Shown one piece after another: positions 53,743 to 64,000 of a DNA stretch of 64,000 nt. The stretch is from Prochlorococcus sp. AG-355-B18 (GTDB lineage: Bacteria; Cyanobacteriota; Cyanobacteriia; PCC-6307; Cyanobiaceae). Position 1 is the stretch's first letter. Each line of letters opens with the position of its first letter. The position numbers were made by a program, and so were the translations under genes. The notes under the pieces were generated by a model. The model did no database searches. It saw only the letters and a program-made list of their open reading frames with translations, and had not been told where the DNA came from. Location: positions 1-64,000 of the forward strand of contig QCDI01000003.1 in NCBI GenBank assembly GCA_003280965.1, given 5' to 3'.

Positions 53743-55817
53743 AACGCCAGACTGATGTTTTTATTAATAGAGAATTAAGTTGGATTGAATTCAATAAAAG
53801 AGTACTCCTTACTGGTATGGAAAAGGAGTACAAAATTCTAGATAAAGTGAAATTTTGTTCGATTTTTAGTAATAATCTTGATGAGTTTTTTATGGTAAGA
53901 GTAGCTTCATTAAAGGCTCAAGTTGAAGCAGAAATTACTAAAAAAAGTATTGACGGACTTACCCCTAAAGAGCAATTAAAAAAGATCAATAATGAAATAA
54001 AAAAGTTAACTATTCTCCAAGAAAACTTTGTAAATAATGAATTAAAAAATGAATTAAAAGAAAAAGGTGTAATTTTAAAAAAATATAAGGACCTAAGTGA
54101 AAATCAAAGAAATTGGTGTAACAACTTCTTTACAACATCTATTTTTCCTTTATTAACTCCATTAGTTGTTGATCCGGCACATCCATTTCCTTTTATAAGT
54201 AATTTAAGTCTAAATTTAGCAGCTTTAATAAAGGATGAGGAGGATTCTAAAAATCAGTTTGTCAGAGTAAAAATACCAACAAAAAATATACCCCGATTCA
54301 TACAAATTCCCAATGATATCACTCAACTTAGCGATGAAAGTTCTCACTATTTCATAAGTGTTGAAGATTTAATTGGGAATAATATAAATACTTTATTTAA
54401 CGGAATGGAATGTATAAATTATTCTTTTTTTAGAGTGACAAGAGATGCAGATTTAGAATTAAAAGAACTTGAAGCCGATGATCTTCTTTTAGCTGTTGAA
54501 CAAAGTTTGCAAAAAAGAAGATTAGGTGGAGACGTAGTTAGATTAGAAGTGGAGTCCGATATGCCAGAAAATATTTTAAAGTTACTTATTGAAAGTATCT
54601 CAATACAGAAAGAATATATATACTTTTGCAAAAGTTTATTAGGTCTAGACGATTTAAATCAACTTACAAAAATTGATAGAGATGATTTAAAAGAAAATCT
54701 ACTAATTGGGAAAACTCACCCAGAATTAAAACATTTAGATTTGCCTTCAAACAAAAACCTTAATTCTATTTTCAAGATACTTAGAAAAAAAAATATTCTG
54801 CTTCATCATCCCTATGATTTATTTAAAACTTCAGTTGAAGAATTTATAAACAGAGCAGCTGATGATCCACTTGTAATGGCTATAAAAATTACTTTATATC
54901 GAGTTTCCCAAGATTCCCCTATCATTGCAGCTTTAATGAGAGCTGCAGAGAACGGGAAAGAAGTAATGACTCTTGTTGAACTAAAAGCAAGATTTGATGA
55001 AGATAATAATATTCAATGGGCAAAACAACTTGAACAAGCTGGAATTCATGTTGTATATGGAATCATCGGATTTAAAACACATACAAAAATTGCATTGATA
55101 GTAAGAAAAGAGAAAGGACGATTAAGGAATTATTTCCATATTGGAACAGGAAATTATAACTCTAATACTTCAAAGTTTTATACAGATTTAGGATTACTTT
55201 CAACGGATCCTGATATTGCATCTGATTTACTTGAGTTATTTAACTACTTATCTGGTTTTTCTAAACAAAAAAGTTATCAAAAGTTATTAGTTTCTCCCTC
55301 ATCGATGAGAGAGAAATTTATATTTCTTATAAAGAGAGAAATTAAGAATGCAGAGGAAGGCAAAAAAGCCGAAATAATCGCAAAAATGAATTCTTTAGTA
55401 GACCCAGAAATAATTAAATTTCTTTATTTAGCTTCAGACTCAGGTGTAAAAATTAGCCTCATCATAAGAGGTATTTGTTGCCTATATCCCCAAAGAAAAA
55501 ATTTAAGTGAAAATATTAAGGTTATAAGCATTATTGGCCATTTTCTTGAGCACTCAAGAATTTTTTGGTTTTGTAATAACGGGGATAATGAGGTTTTTAT
55601 AGGGAGTGCAGATTGGATGAGAAGAAATCTTGATAGAAGAATAGAAGCTGTTACTCCTATAGAGGATTATGAATTGAAATCTAAAATATACACGCTTTTA
55701 CAAACTTACATTAGAGATAATTACTTTTCTTGGAAAATGAAAGAAGATGGTTCTTATGAAAAATATTCATTAGATTCAGCGGTTAATCGTTCACAAATGG
55801 ACCTCATACAAGAATAA
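53739..55817 (+). CDS. ppk1: Polyphosphate kinase 1
   Basis: NRELSWIEFN, NLDEFFMVRV, LHHPY, VELKARFDE, KTHTK (phospho-His), GTGNYN and LEHSR. Confidence 0.97.
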   Translation: MKRQTDVFINRELSWIEFNKRVLLTGMEKEYKILDKVKFCSIFSNNLDEFFMVRVASLKAQVEAEITKKSIDGLTPKEQLKKINNEIKKLTILQENFVNNELKNELKEKGVILKKYKDLSENQRNWCNNFFTTSIFPLLTPLVVDPAHPFPFISNLSLNLAALIKDEEDSKNQFVRVKIPTKNIPRFIQIPNDITQLSDESSHYFISVEDLIGNNINTLFNGMECINYSFFRVTRDADLELKELEADDLLLAVEQSLQKRRLGGDVVRLEVESDMPENILKLLIESISIQKEYIYFCKSLLGLDDLNQLTKIDRDDLKENLLIGKTHPELKHLDLPSNKNLNSIFKILRKKNILLHHPYDLFKTSVEEFINRAADDPLVMAIKITLYRVSQDSPIIAALMRAAENGKEVMTLVELKARFDEDNNIQWAKQLEQAGIHVVYGIIGFKTHTKIALIVRKEKGRLRNYFHIGTGNYNSNTSKFYTDLGLLSTDPDIASDLLELFNYLSGFSKQKSYQKLLVSPSSMREKFIFLIKREIKNAEEGKKAEIIAKMNSLVDPEIIKFLYLASDSGVKISLIIRGICCLYPQRKNLSENIKVISIIGHFLEHSRIFWFCNNGDNEVFIGSADWMRRNLDRRIEAVTPIEDYELKSKIYTLLQTYIRDNYFSWKMKEDGSYEKYSLDSAVNRSQMDLIQE

Positions 55818-56011
55818 AAAAATATTGATTTTTATAACATTTAAAAAAATACTTAATATTTTAAATTTTTTTTTATTTTTATAAAAGTCACTCATATCAA
55901 AAGATTTCAAGAAATTTAGACAAAAAATGCTTTTTTTGTCTTTAAAGTTTCAAAGTAAAAGTGGTTTTTATTTCAATTTCAGTGCTAGCTTTTTAAAAAA
56001 TCCATTATTTT

Positions 56012-56017
56012 AGGAGG
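56012..56017 (+). promoter_or_regulatory. Shine-Dalgarno of the sigma factor gene
   Basis: AGGAGG lies 8 nt upstream of ATG 56026 (5 nt upstream of GTG 56023). Confidence 0.7.
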
Positions 56018-56022
56018 CCAGG

Positions 56023-57045
56023 GTGATGGGGATCCCTCTGGAATCTGCAAAGAGTTCGTCAAAAGATAATTTTGATGAGCCAAGATTACCAAACACTGCG
56101 AGCAAGCCTCGCAAAACAAAATCCAGTCTAACTTCAAAACAAAGCCAAAAGAAATCTGGAAGACTCGCTTCTGATTCTATTGGTCATTACTTAAGTAGTA
56201 TTGGTAGAGTACCTCTTCTTACTCCAGCAGAAGAGATAGAGTTAGCTCATCATGTTCAACACATGAAAAAATTGCTAAAAATTCCTGAAACTGATAGAAC
56301 GCAACGCAATCTTTATCAAATTAAAATTGGCAAAAGAGCCAGAGACAGAATGATGGCAGCAAATCTTAGACTAGTTGTCTCTGTCGCAAAAAAATACCAA
56401 AATCAAGGGCTTGAATTATTAGACCTTGTCCAAGAAGGCGCTATTGGTTTAGAAAGAGCTGTTGATAAATTTGATCCAGCCATGGGATATAAATTTTCAA
56501 CTTATGCTTATTGGTGGATTAGGCAAGGAATGACGAGAGCAATTGATAACAGTGCTAGAACTATACGTTTACCTATTCACATAAGTGAAAAACTTTCGAA
56601 AATGAGAAGGGTTTCTAGAGAATTATCACACAAATTTGGCAGACAACCCACCAGATTAGAAATGGCTACTGAGATGGGAATTGATCAAAAAGATTTAGAA
56701 GATTTGATTTCTCAAAGTGCTCCATGCGCCTCTCTTGATGCTCATGCAAGAGGCGAAGAAGACAGAAGCACTCTTGGCGAACTTATACCTGATCCAAATT
56801 TTGAAGAGCCTATGGAAGGCATGGATAGAACTATTCAAAAAGAGCATTTAGGTACTTGGCTGTCCCAATTAAATGAAAGAGAACAAAAAATCATGAGGCT
56901 CAGATTTGGCCTTGATGGAGAAGAACCATTAACACTAGCAGAAATAGGTAGACAAATTAATGTTTCACGAGAAAGAGTAAGGCAGCTAGAAGCTAAAGCA
57001 ATATTAAAACTTAGAGTTATGACGAATCATCAAAAAGCAGCTTAG
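56023..57045 (+). CDS. Group 2 sigma-70 RNA polymerase sigma factor
   Basis: YLSSIGRVPLLT, ANLRLVVSVAKKY, GYKFSTYAYWWIRQ, RTIRLPIH and region 4 SRERVRQLE; lacks region 1.1. Confidence 0.95.
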   Translation: MMGIPLESAKSSSKDNFDEPRLPNTASKPRKTKSSLTSKQSQKKSGRLASDSIGHYLSSIGRVPLLTPAEEIELAHHVQHMKKLLKIPETDRTQRNLYQIKIGKRARDRMMAANLRLVVSVAKKYQNQGLELLDLVQEGAIGLERAVDKFDPAMGYKFSTYAYWWIRQGMTRAIDNSARTIRLPIHISEKLSKMRRVSRELSHKFGRQPTRLEMATEMGIDQKDLEDLISQSAPCASLDAHARGEEDRSTLGELIPDPNFEEPMEGMDRTIQKEHLGTWLSQLNEREQKIMRLRFGLDGEEPLTLAEIGRQINVSRERVRQLEAKAILKLRVMTNHQKAA

Positions 57046-57050
57046 TCAAA

Positions 57051-57692
57051 TTGATAAAATTTACGATAGTTTTATTATATTTATTTTCAATTTTTTTAAT
57101 ATCAATAGTTTTTAAAAAATTTAATGAAAATAGCAAAGAAATTGTCAGAAAAATAATACACATTGGAATAGGACCTTTAATACCAATTGCACAATTTTTA
57201 AAAATTGATCAAAATTCAGCTCTTGTCTTTACAGGATTTGTCTCATTAACAGTTCTAATTAATTACACATATAGAATATTCCCAACAATTGAAGATGTTG
57301 AGAGGAAAAGTTATGGAACATTTTTTTATTGTCTAAGTTTATTTATCTTAATTTCTCTTTTTTGGAATAAAGATCCATATTCATTAATAACTGGATTTTT
57401 TATCATGTCATTCGGGGATGGACTAGCTGGTTTATTAGGCAAAAGCTTTAACTCAAAGAATTGGATTTTTTTTAAACAAAAAAAATCATTATTTGGTACT
57501 ATGACTATGTTTTTAACCAGCTTGATAATAGTTTACTCAATAGGATACGCCCAACAAAATAGTTTTAATTTAAATTATTTTACGATAGCTTTTTTTGCGA
57601 CTTTGCTCGAACAATTTAGTGTTTTAGGAATAGATAACTTGATTGTTCCAATATCATCAGCATTATTATTTAATTTTTTCATAACTAACTAG
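57051..57692 (+). CDS. Polyprenol/phytol (dolichol) kinase family membrane protein
   Basis: VRKIIHIG, GDGLAGLLGK, KKSLFGT and GIDNLIVP. Confidence 0.88.
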   Translation: MIKFTIVLLYLFSIFLISIVFKKFNENSKEIVRKIIHIGIGPLIPIAQFLKIDQNSALVFTGFVSLTVLINYTYRIFPTIEDVERKSYGTFFYCLSLFILISLFWNKDPYSLITGFFIMSFGDGLAGLLGKSFNSKNWIFFKQKKSLFGTMTMFLTSLIIVYSIGYAQQNSFNLNYFTIAFFATLLEQFSVLGIDNLIVPISSALLFNFFITN

Positions 57693-58752
57693 TCGAATTG
57701 TATAAAATAGCTAGTAATTTTTTTGTTGTTTCTATATCTATGCATGCATCTGTAATGCTTCTGCCAAACTGGAGATCCTCTTTTTTAAGAAGTTTTTGAT
57801 TACCTTCTTTCAAATGACTTTCAAGCATAACTCCTAAAATATTTTTTTCACCATTACTAATTTGAGAAGCTATATTTTTCAGGACTTCTGACTGTTTTCG
57901 GAAGTCTTTATTAGAATTTCCATGACTACAATCAATCATCACTTTATGAGGAAGATTATATTGCTTCAATTCTGCTGAAATTCTTTTAACATGATCACTT
58001 TCGAAATTTGGGCCTTTTGAACCTCCTCTTAAAACTATATGTCCATCTGGATTTCCCGTAGTATTAACAATAGAAGCCATTCCATTTTCATTTACACCTA
58101 AGAAATGATGCGATTTTGAAGCTGACTGCATTGCATTTATTGCAGTAGCAAAAGAACCATCCGTTCCATTTTTAAAACCTATGGGCATTGATAATCCAGA
58201 TGCCATTTCCCTATGAGTTTGACTTTCAGTAGTACGGGCACCTATGGCTGTCCAACTTATTAAATCTGCAATATATTGAGGAACAATTGGATCTAGTAAT
58301 TCTGTAGCAGAAGGTATCCCACGAGTTGCTAGATATGAAAGCAAACTTCTTGCCTTTCTTAAACCAGTATTAATATCATAAGAATCATCAAGATGAGGAT
58401 CATTTATCAATCCCTTCCAGCCAATAGTTGTTCTTGGTTTCTCAAAATATACTCTCATAATTATTTCTAATTTATCTTTATAAATTTCTCGAAAGTTTTG
58501 AACATATTTTGAATATTCCTTTGCGGCCTCTATATCATGAATTGAACATGGACCAACAATGACTAAAAGCTTCTGATCATTATGATGCAAAATATTTTGT
58601 ATCGATCTTCTAGTTTTAGATACTGTATCAGCAGAGACTCGATCTAAAGGTATATCATTATGTAATCTGCTTGGAGGTATTAATGGACGTGTTTCAACAA
58701 CATGTAAATCTGATGTCTTTTCTAATGCTGAATTATTTGATGATGTCGTCAT
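57685..58752 (-). CDS. DAHP synthase, class I-alpha (AroF/G/H family)
   Basis: VGPCSIHD, RVYFEKPRTTIGWKG, IGARTTESQ, GFKNGT, DCSHGNS and SITDAC. Confidence 0.96.
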   Translation of the reverse strand: MTTSSNNSALEKTSDLHVVETRPLIPPSRLHNDIPLDRVSADTVSKTRRSIQNILHHNDQKLLVIVGPCSIHDIEAAKEYSKYVQNFREIYKDKLEIIMRVYFEKPRTTIGWKGLINDPHLDDSYDINTGLRKARSLLSYLATRGIPSATELLDPIVPQYIADLISWTAIGARTTESQTHREMASGLSMPIGFKNGTDGSFATAINAMQSASKSHHFLGVNENGMASIVNTTGNPDGHIVLRGGSKGPNFESDHVKRISAELKQYNLPHKVMIDCSHGNSNKDFRKQSEVLKNIASQISNGEKNILGVMLESHLKEGNQKLLKKEDLQFGRSITDACIDIETTKKLLAILYNSTS

Positions 58753-58849
58753 TGATTAATTAAGAAGTTTGAATATTTAAAAAAGCATTTATGAATACTC
58801 TCCTTTTCAATATTAAAAATAACAATAGATTAGGCATTAAACCTTACTA

Positions 58850-61423
58850 ATGAAGAATTTGGAAACATTGCTAAAAGATTATGCAGATCACGTAGCTGAA
58901 AGAGCTACCAAAGGTATACCTCCTTTACCTTTAAATGCTGAGCAAACAAATTGTGTTACAAAATTACTTGAACAAGATAGTTATTACGATTCATCTTACT
59001 TACTTGATTTACTAATTAATAGAGTACCACCAGGAGTTGATGAGGCTGCTTATGTAAAAGCAAGCTGGCTTACAGCTATTGTTAATTCCGAAAAATATTG
59101 CAAATCAATTAATCCTGAAAAAGCAATTGAAATACTAGGAACAATGATAGGTGGATATAATGTAAATTCTTTAGTTGAAATACTTAAAGGCGAAAATAAT
59201 TTACTTGCTCAAAAAGCGGCAAAAGTTTTAAAAAATATTATTCTTGTTTACGACTCAGCTAATGAAATATATGAATTATCTCAAAATAATATTTATGCGA
59301 AAGAAGTTGTAAATAGTTGGGCAAAAGCAGAATGGTTCCAAAATAAAAAAATTTTAGAAAAAGAAATTACTTGTTTAGTATTTAAAGTTGATGGGGAAAC
59401 AAATACAGACGACTTATCTCCGGCTGTACATGCCACAACACGTCCAGATATTCCAATGCACGCATTAGCTATGTTGGAATTTAAAAAACCAGATGGAATT
59501 AAGATTCTTGATGATTTAAAAAAACAAAATTTACCAATAGCTTATGTTGGAGATGTTGTTGGGACAGGAAGTTCTAGAAAATCTGCTATTAATTCACTCA
59601 TTTGGCATATAGGCGAAGATATTCCTTTTGTTCCAAACAAAAAAACAGGTGGAATAATAATTGGGGGTAAAATAGCTCCTATTTTCTTTAATACAGCACA
59701 AGATTCAGGAGCTTTACCTATAGAAGCTGACGTATCTCATATGAAAACAGGAGATATTATTAAAATATATCCTTATAAAGGCATCATTAAAAAAATTGAA
59801 AAAGATTCAAATACTGATGAATTAATAAGCAAATTCTACCTAAGTCCATCAACTCTTACTGATGAAATTCAAGCTGGCGGTAGGATTAATCTTATGATTG
59901 GAAGATCTCTTACGGACAAAATTAGAAACAAATTAGATTTTCAACCGAGTGAAATATTTATCAGACCACAAAATCCAACAGGAAGTAATTCTGGCTTTAC
60001 TCAAGCTCAAAAAATAGTAGGAAAAGCATGTGGTCTAGATGGAGTTAGACCTGGAATGACCTGTGAGCCAATTATGACCACTGTTGGTAGTCAAGATACT
60101 ACTGGTCCAATGACTAGAGATGAACTAAAAGAACTAGCTTGTTTAGGATTCACTGCGGATTTAGTGATGCAAAGTTTTTGTCATACAGCTGCATATCCTA
60201 AACCAGTAGATCTCGTTACCCATAAAGAGTTACCTGATTTTATATCTCAAAGAGGTGGGGTAGCTCTTAAACCTGGAGACGGCATAATTCATAGCTGGCT
60301 TAACAGAATGCTTCTCCCTGATACAGTTGGCACAGGTGGAGATAGTCATACAAGATTTCCTCTTGGCATTTCATTTCCTGGAGGCTCTGGCATTGTTGCC
60401 TTTGCCGCTGCAATAGGATCAATGCCATTAAATATGCCGGAATCTGTGCTTGTTAAATTTAAGGGAGAATTATTAAAAGGAATTACTTTAAGAGATTTAG
60501 TAAATGCAATCCCTCTCTTCGCAATTAAAAAGGGGCTCTTAACTGTTGAGAAGGCAAATAAGAAAAATATATTTAACGGGAAAATTATGGAAATTGAAGG
60601 ATTACCAAACCTAAAACTTGAACAAGCTTTTGAGCTAACTGATGCTACAGCAGAACGCTCATGCGCTGGTAGCACAATACTTTTATCCCAAGACACTATT
60701 GAAGAATACTTAAGAAGCAATATATGCCTACTAGAAAAAATGATTGAGAGCAATTATGAAGACTCAAAATCGATTACAAGAAGAATAAATGATATGAAAA
60801 ATTGGTTAAAAAAGCCCTCATTAATTCAACCAGATAAAGACGCTCAGTATGAAGAAATCATTGAAATTGATTTAGCAAAAGTCACACAACCTATAGTTGC
60901 TTGCCCTAACGATCCAGATAACGTAAAGGAGATCAAAGATGTTGCAAACACAAATATAGACGAAGTTTTTATAGGTTCTTGCATGACAAATATTGGTCAT
61001 TACAGAGCAGCCGCGAAAGTTCTTGAAGGAGTACAAAATTTAAAAGCTAAATTATGGATTTGTCCCCCTACAAAAATGGATGAAGATACTCTTAAGGCTG
61101 AAGGATATTACAAAATATTTGAAAATTGTGGAGCAAGATTAGAGTTGCCAGGCTGTTCTTTATGTATGGGAAATCAAGCCAGAGTAGATGAAGGATCTGT
61201 AGTATTTTCAACTAGTACTAGAAATTTTGATAATAGACTTGGCAAAAATGCGCAAGTATTTTTAGGGAGTGCTGAATTAGCAGCAGTTTGCGCACTTCTT
61301 GGGAAAATTCCTGAAGTAGAAGAATATCAGGATATTACTAAAAATAAAATTAATCCATATTCAGATGAACTTTATCGTTATCTTCAATTTGATGAAATGC
61401 GCGATTTCACTTTATCAAAGTGA
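58850..61423 (+). CDS. acnB: Aconitate hydratase B
   Basis: HEAT-like N-terminus (RVPPGVDEAAYVKA), TNTDDLSPA, GTGSSRKSA, SFCHT, FIGSCMTN and PGCSLCMGNQ. Confidence 0.98.
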   Translation: MKNLETLLKDYADHVAERATKGIPPLPLNAEQTNCVTKLLEQDSYYDSSYLLDLLINRVPPGVDEAAYVKASWLTAIVNSEKYCKSINPEKAIEILGTMIGGYNVNSLVEILKGENNLLAQKAAKVLKNIILVYDSANEIYELSQNNIYAKEVVNSWAKAEWFQNKKILEKEITCLVFKVDGETNTDDLSPAVHATTRPDIPMHALAMLEFKKPDGIKILDDLKKQNLPIAYVGDVVGTGSSRKSAINSLIWHIGEDIPFVPNKKTGGIIIGGKIAPIFFNTAQDSGALPIEADVSHMKTGDIIKIYPYKGIIKKIEKDSNTDELISKFYLSPSTLTDEIQAGGRINLMIGRSLTDKIRNKLDFQPSEIFIRPQNPTGSNSGFTQAQKIVGKACGLDGVRPGMTCEPIMTTVGSQDTTGPMTRDELKELACLGFTADLVMQSFCHTAAYPKPVDLVTHKELPDFISQRGGVALKPGDGIIHSWLNRMLLPDTVGTGGDSHTRFPLGISFPGGSGIVAFAAAIGSMPLNMPESVLVKFKGELLKGITLRDLVNAIPLFAIKKGLLTVEKANKKNIFNGKIMEIEGLPNLKLEQAFELTDATAERSCAGSTILLSQDTIEEYLRSNICLLEKMIESNYEDSKSITRRINDMKNWLKKPSLIQPDKDAQYEEIIEIDLAKVTQPIVACPNDPDNVKEIKDVANTNIDEVFIGSCMTNIGHYRAAAKVLEGVQNLKAKLWICPPTKMDEDTLKAEGYYKIFENCGARLELPGCSLCMGNQARVDEGSVVFSTSTRNFDNRLGKNAQVFLGSAELAAVCALLGKIPEVEEYQDITKNKINPYSDELYRYLQFDEMRDFTLSK

Positions 61424-61432
61424 TCATGGATT

Positions 61433-62791
61433 ATGCCAAACCTCATAAAAGAAAATACTCAAAAGACCAGTAATAATTCTTCTCGTAGCATCAAAAAATT
61501 ATTAAGACAAAGATCTCTTGTCGTTGCGTTATCTCTCTTACTAACAGGCTTAGGCGCTTCAATTACAAGTATATCTTTTAAAACTGGAATCTACTTCATT
61601 AACAATTGGAGATTAGCACTATTAGACCAATTCCCATCTATTGCAGTATTACCAATCTTTGGAGCCATTGGAGGAGCAATTGCAGGATATTTGATCAAAA
61701 ATATTGCACCTGCTGCAAAAGGTTCAGGTGTGAGTCAAATCATGGGTTTTTTAAGGCATAAAAAAGTGCCTATGAATATAAAAGTAGGATTAGTAAAGCT
61801 CGTATCAGGAATTATTGCTATTGGGAGTGGTTTCCCTTTGGGTCCAGAAGGTCCATCTGTTCAAATGGGAGGATCTGTTGCTTGGCAAATGGCCAAATGG
61901 CTCAAAGCCCCTACAGCATTCAGGAGAGTAATAGTGGCAGCAGGTGGTGGTGCTGGAATAGCTGCGGTGTTTAGCGCTCCATTAGGAGGATTTGTTTATG
62001 CAATAGAAGAACTATTAAACTCTGCGAGACCAGTGATTTTGTTATTAGTAGTAATTACAACTTTCATTGCAGATTCATCTGCTGATATTATTCAAGCCTT
62101 GGGTTTAGATCCTAAAGCTGGAGGATTTGATTTTAACGTAGGATTTTTGATTCAAAAAGAATATGACCCATCAGTTTTTTTCTTACCTGTAGATTTTATT
62201 TATCTAGTTTTACTAGGAATAATTATTGGGATCTGTGCAGAAATGTACAGTAGATATGTTTTATTAATGCAAAATCTTGGGAAAAAGTGGTATAAAAATA
62301 AATTTGTTTTAAAAATGAGTATCTGTGGACTCATCTTAGGAAGTATCTATTCTTTTTTACCAAGTACCTTTCATAATTTGGATGAATTACAGAAAGTAAT
62401 AGCTGAGCAAAATACAAGCATTGGGATTGCTTTATTAGCAGTTTTAGTATTGTTTATCACGACAGGTTTAGCTGCAGCATCTGGAGCTCCTGGAGGATTG
62501 TTCTACCCAATGCTTACTTTAGGAGGGGCAATAGGACTAATAATGGGGAGCTGGGTAGAAATTGCCACAGGACATGCACCAAGTACATATATTTTTGCAG
62601 GCATGGGCGCCTTCGTAGCAGGATGTTCACGAACTCCAATAACAGCAATGTTTCTAGCTTTTGCCTTAACAAAAAATTTATTAATCATGAAACCCGTCTT
62701 AATCAGCTGCATTGCCAGTTTCTTGATAGCAAGAGCTTTTAATGAGGAATCAATTTATGAAAGACAAATTCAAATAGAACTAGAAGACTAA
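61433..62791 (+). CDS. CLC family Cl-/H+ antiporter
   Basis: GSGVS, GPEGPSVQ (gating Glu), AIEEL, GLFYP and C-terminal SIY. Confidence 0.93.
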   Translation: MPNLIKENTQKTSNNSSRSIKKLLRQRSLVVALSLLLTGLGASITSISFKTGIYFINNWRLALLDQFPSIAVLPIFGAIGGAIAGYLIKNIAPAAKGSGVSQIMGFLRHKKVPMNIKVGLVKLVSGIIAIGSGFPLGPEGPSVQMGGSVAWQMAKWLKAPTAFRRVIVAAGGGAGIAAVFSAPLGGFVYAIEELLNSARPVILLLVVITTFIADSSADIIQALGLDPKAGGFDFNVGFLIQKEYDPSVFFLPVDFIYLVLLGIIIGICAEMYSRYVLLMQNLGKKWYKNKFVLKMSICGLILGSIYSFLPSTFHNLDELQKVIAEQNTSIGIALLAVLVLFITTGLAAASGAPGGLFYPMLTLGGAIGLIMGSWVEIATGHAPSTYIFAGMGAFVAGCSRTPITAMFLAFALTKNLLIMKPVLISCIASFLIARAFNEESIYERQIQIELED

Positions 62792-62799
62792 AAAATTTT

Positions 62800-63654
62800 T
62801 CAATCAAAAACAGCCGTTTTGCTGTTATAAACAAATACTTGATGATTTAGATGTAATCTAACAGCTCTTGCCAGTGCAATTCTCTCGATATCTCTTCCTT
62901 TTCTAATCAAATCATCAACTTCGTCCCTATGACTTACGTCAACTGTACATTGCTCTATTATCGGACCTTCGTCGAGATCTTCAGTAACATAATGGGCAGT
63001 AGCACCAATTAATTTAACACCCCTCTTCCATGCTCGATGATATGGTTGCGCCCCCTTAAATGCAGGTAAGAAAGAATGATGAATATTTATTATTGAAGAA
63101 AACTGTTTTAAAAAAGAATCACTCAAAATTTGCATATATTTCGCTAATACAACAAGATCAATTTCATATTCTTTTAGTAAATTTAAAAATTGATCTTCAA
63201 CATCAGATTTATCAATATTAAAGGTATCAATATGAACAAATTTTGCATTAAAGTCGTTTGCAATATTTTCAAGATCAGAATGATTTGAAATTATTAACGG
63301 CACTTTCATTTTGAGTTCACCATTTCTTACTCTCCAGAGTAAATCAATCAAACAATGATTTTGTTTGCTAACAAAAATAGCAACATTTGGAATCTCATCA
63401 GAATAATTTACATTGAATTTTCCATTTACGTCAGCAGCAATTTTTTTAAATTCGTTAAAAATTTCATCTCTATTGAAAGATGGATTATTACTATTCCATT
63501 CAATGCGACTAAGAAACAATCCCGCATCTTGATCTGTATGATGATCAGAATGCTTTATATTGCCACCGTAATTTGAAATCCAACTTGTAAGTAGACTTAC
63601 GAGGCCAGGACGATCGGGACAAACAATTTTGAATATAATTGAAGGATGTTCCAA
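62800..63654 (-). CDS. purU: Formyltetrahydrofolate deformylase
   Basis: CPDRPGLV ACT domain, VSKQNHCL, LAKYMQIL, INIHHSFLPAFKGA and DLDEGPIIEQ. Confidence 0.97.
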   Translation of the reverse strand: MEHPSIIFKIVCPDRPGLVSLLTSWISNYGGNIKHSDHHTDQDAGLFLSRIEWNSNNPSFNRDEIFNEFKKIAADVNGKFNVNYSDEIPNVAIFVSKQNHCLIDLLWRVRNGELKMKVPLIISNHSDLENIANDFNAKFVHIDTFNIDKSDVEDQFLNLLKEYEIDLVVLAKYMQILSDSFLKQFSSIINIHHSFLPAFKGAQPYHRAWKRGVKLIGATAHYVTEDLDEGPIIEQCTVDVSHRDEVDDLIRKGRDIERIALARAVRLHLNHQVFVYNSKTAVFD

Positions 63655-63702
63655 AAAATCTTTAACTATTTATTCAAGTAAGCAATTATATCTAATATAT
63701 CA

Positions 63703-64000
63703 ATGAAAAGCTTAAAAGAAAATTTTCAAAAAGCACACATAGTGATTATTGGATCAGGAATTATTGGAAAATTTAATGCCTTAGAATTATCAGAATTAGG
63801 CTTTCGGATAACAATAATAGATCCAGATGAAGAAAAAAATAGTAGCAATGCAGCTTTAGGCCTACTTATGGGTAATATGTATCAAAAAAGGAGAGGTAGA
63901 AGTTGGGATCTTAGGAGACAAAGCATTGAATTATGGCCAAAATGGATTGAATTTCTAAAAAAATTTAATTATGAATTAAAAATTAAAAAACCATTAATTC
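63703..64000 (+). CDS. FAD-dependent oxidoreductase (DAO/ThiO-like), 3' end outside the window
   Basis: Hand translation: MKSLKENFQKAHIVIIGSGIIGKFNALELSELGFRITIID...SSNAALGLL. GxGxxG fold; frame is open to the window end. Confidence 0.85.
   Translation, partial: MKSLKENFQKAHIVIIGSGIIGKFNALELSELGFRITIIDPDEEKNSSNAALGLLMGNMYQKRRGRSWDLRRQSIELWPKWIEFLKKFNYELKIKKPLI

Overview
This is AT-rich, very gene-dense core-genome DNA. Gene content, gene order and low GC point to a high-light Prochlorococcus (inferred, not searched). About 57 intact CDS tile the window, plus one tRNA-Val(TAC); lysC at the left edge and an FAD oxidoreductase at the right edge are cut off. In order: lysC, uvrB, ycf23, tilS, rnj-dapA-asd, tig-clpP-clpX-dnaX, GT2/SpoIID, rpmI-rplT-ycf37-thiG, sqdB-sqdX, gcvP-gcvH, desC-rplI-dnaB-mnmG, a SprT/ATP-dependent ligase block, valS, mazG-speE-speB, gcvT, aspS, pyrG-queE-queC-pabB-pabC, cobA, MFS-ppk1, a group 2 sigma factor, DAHP synthase, acnB, CLC and purU. 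I see no integrase, transposase, CRISPR array or prophage, and no clearly new multi-gene system. The best leads are a phage-like ATP-dependent DNA ligase in core context, an unannotated XRE-like HTH protein divergent from desC, an RNase E-like Arg motif on the RNase J tail, an A9 frameshift in the trigger factor repeat tail, an uncalled 50-aa ORF, a likely CTG start for chorismate lyase and a LexA-like palindrome before uvrB.
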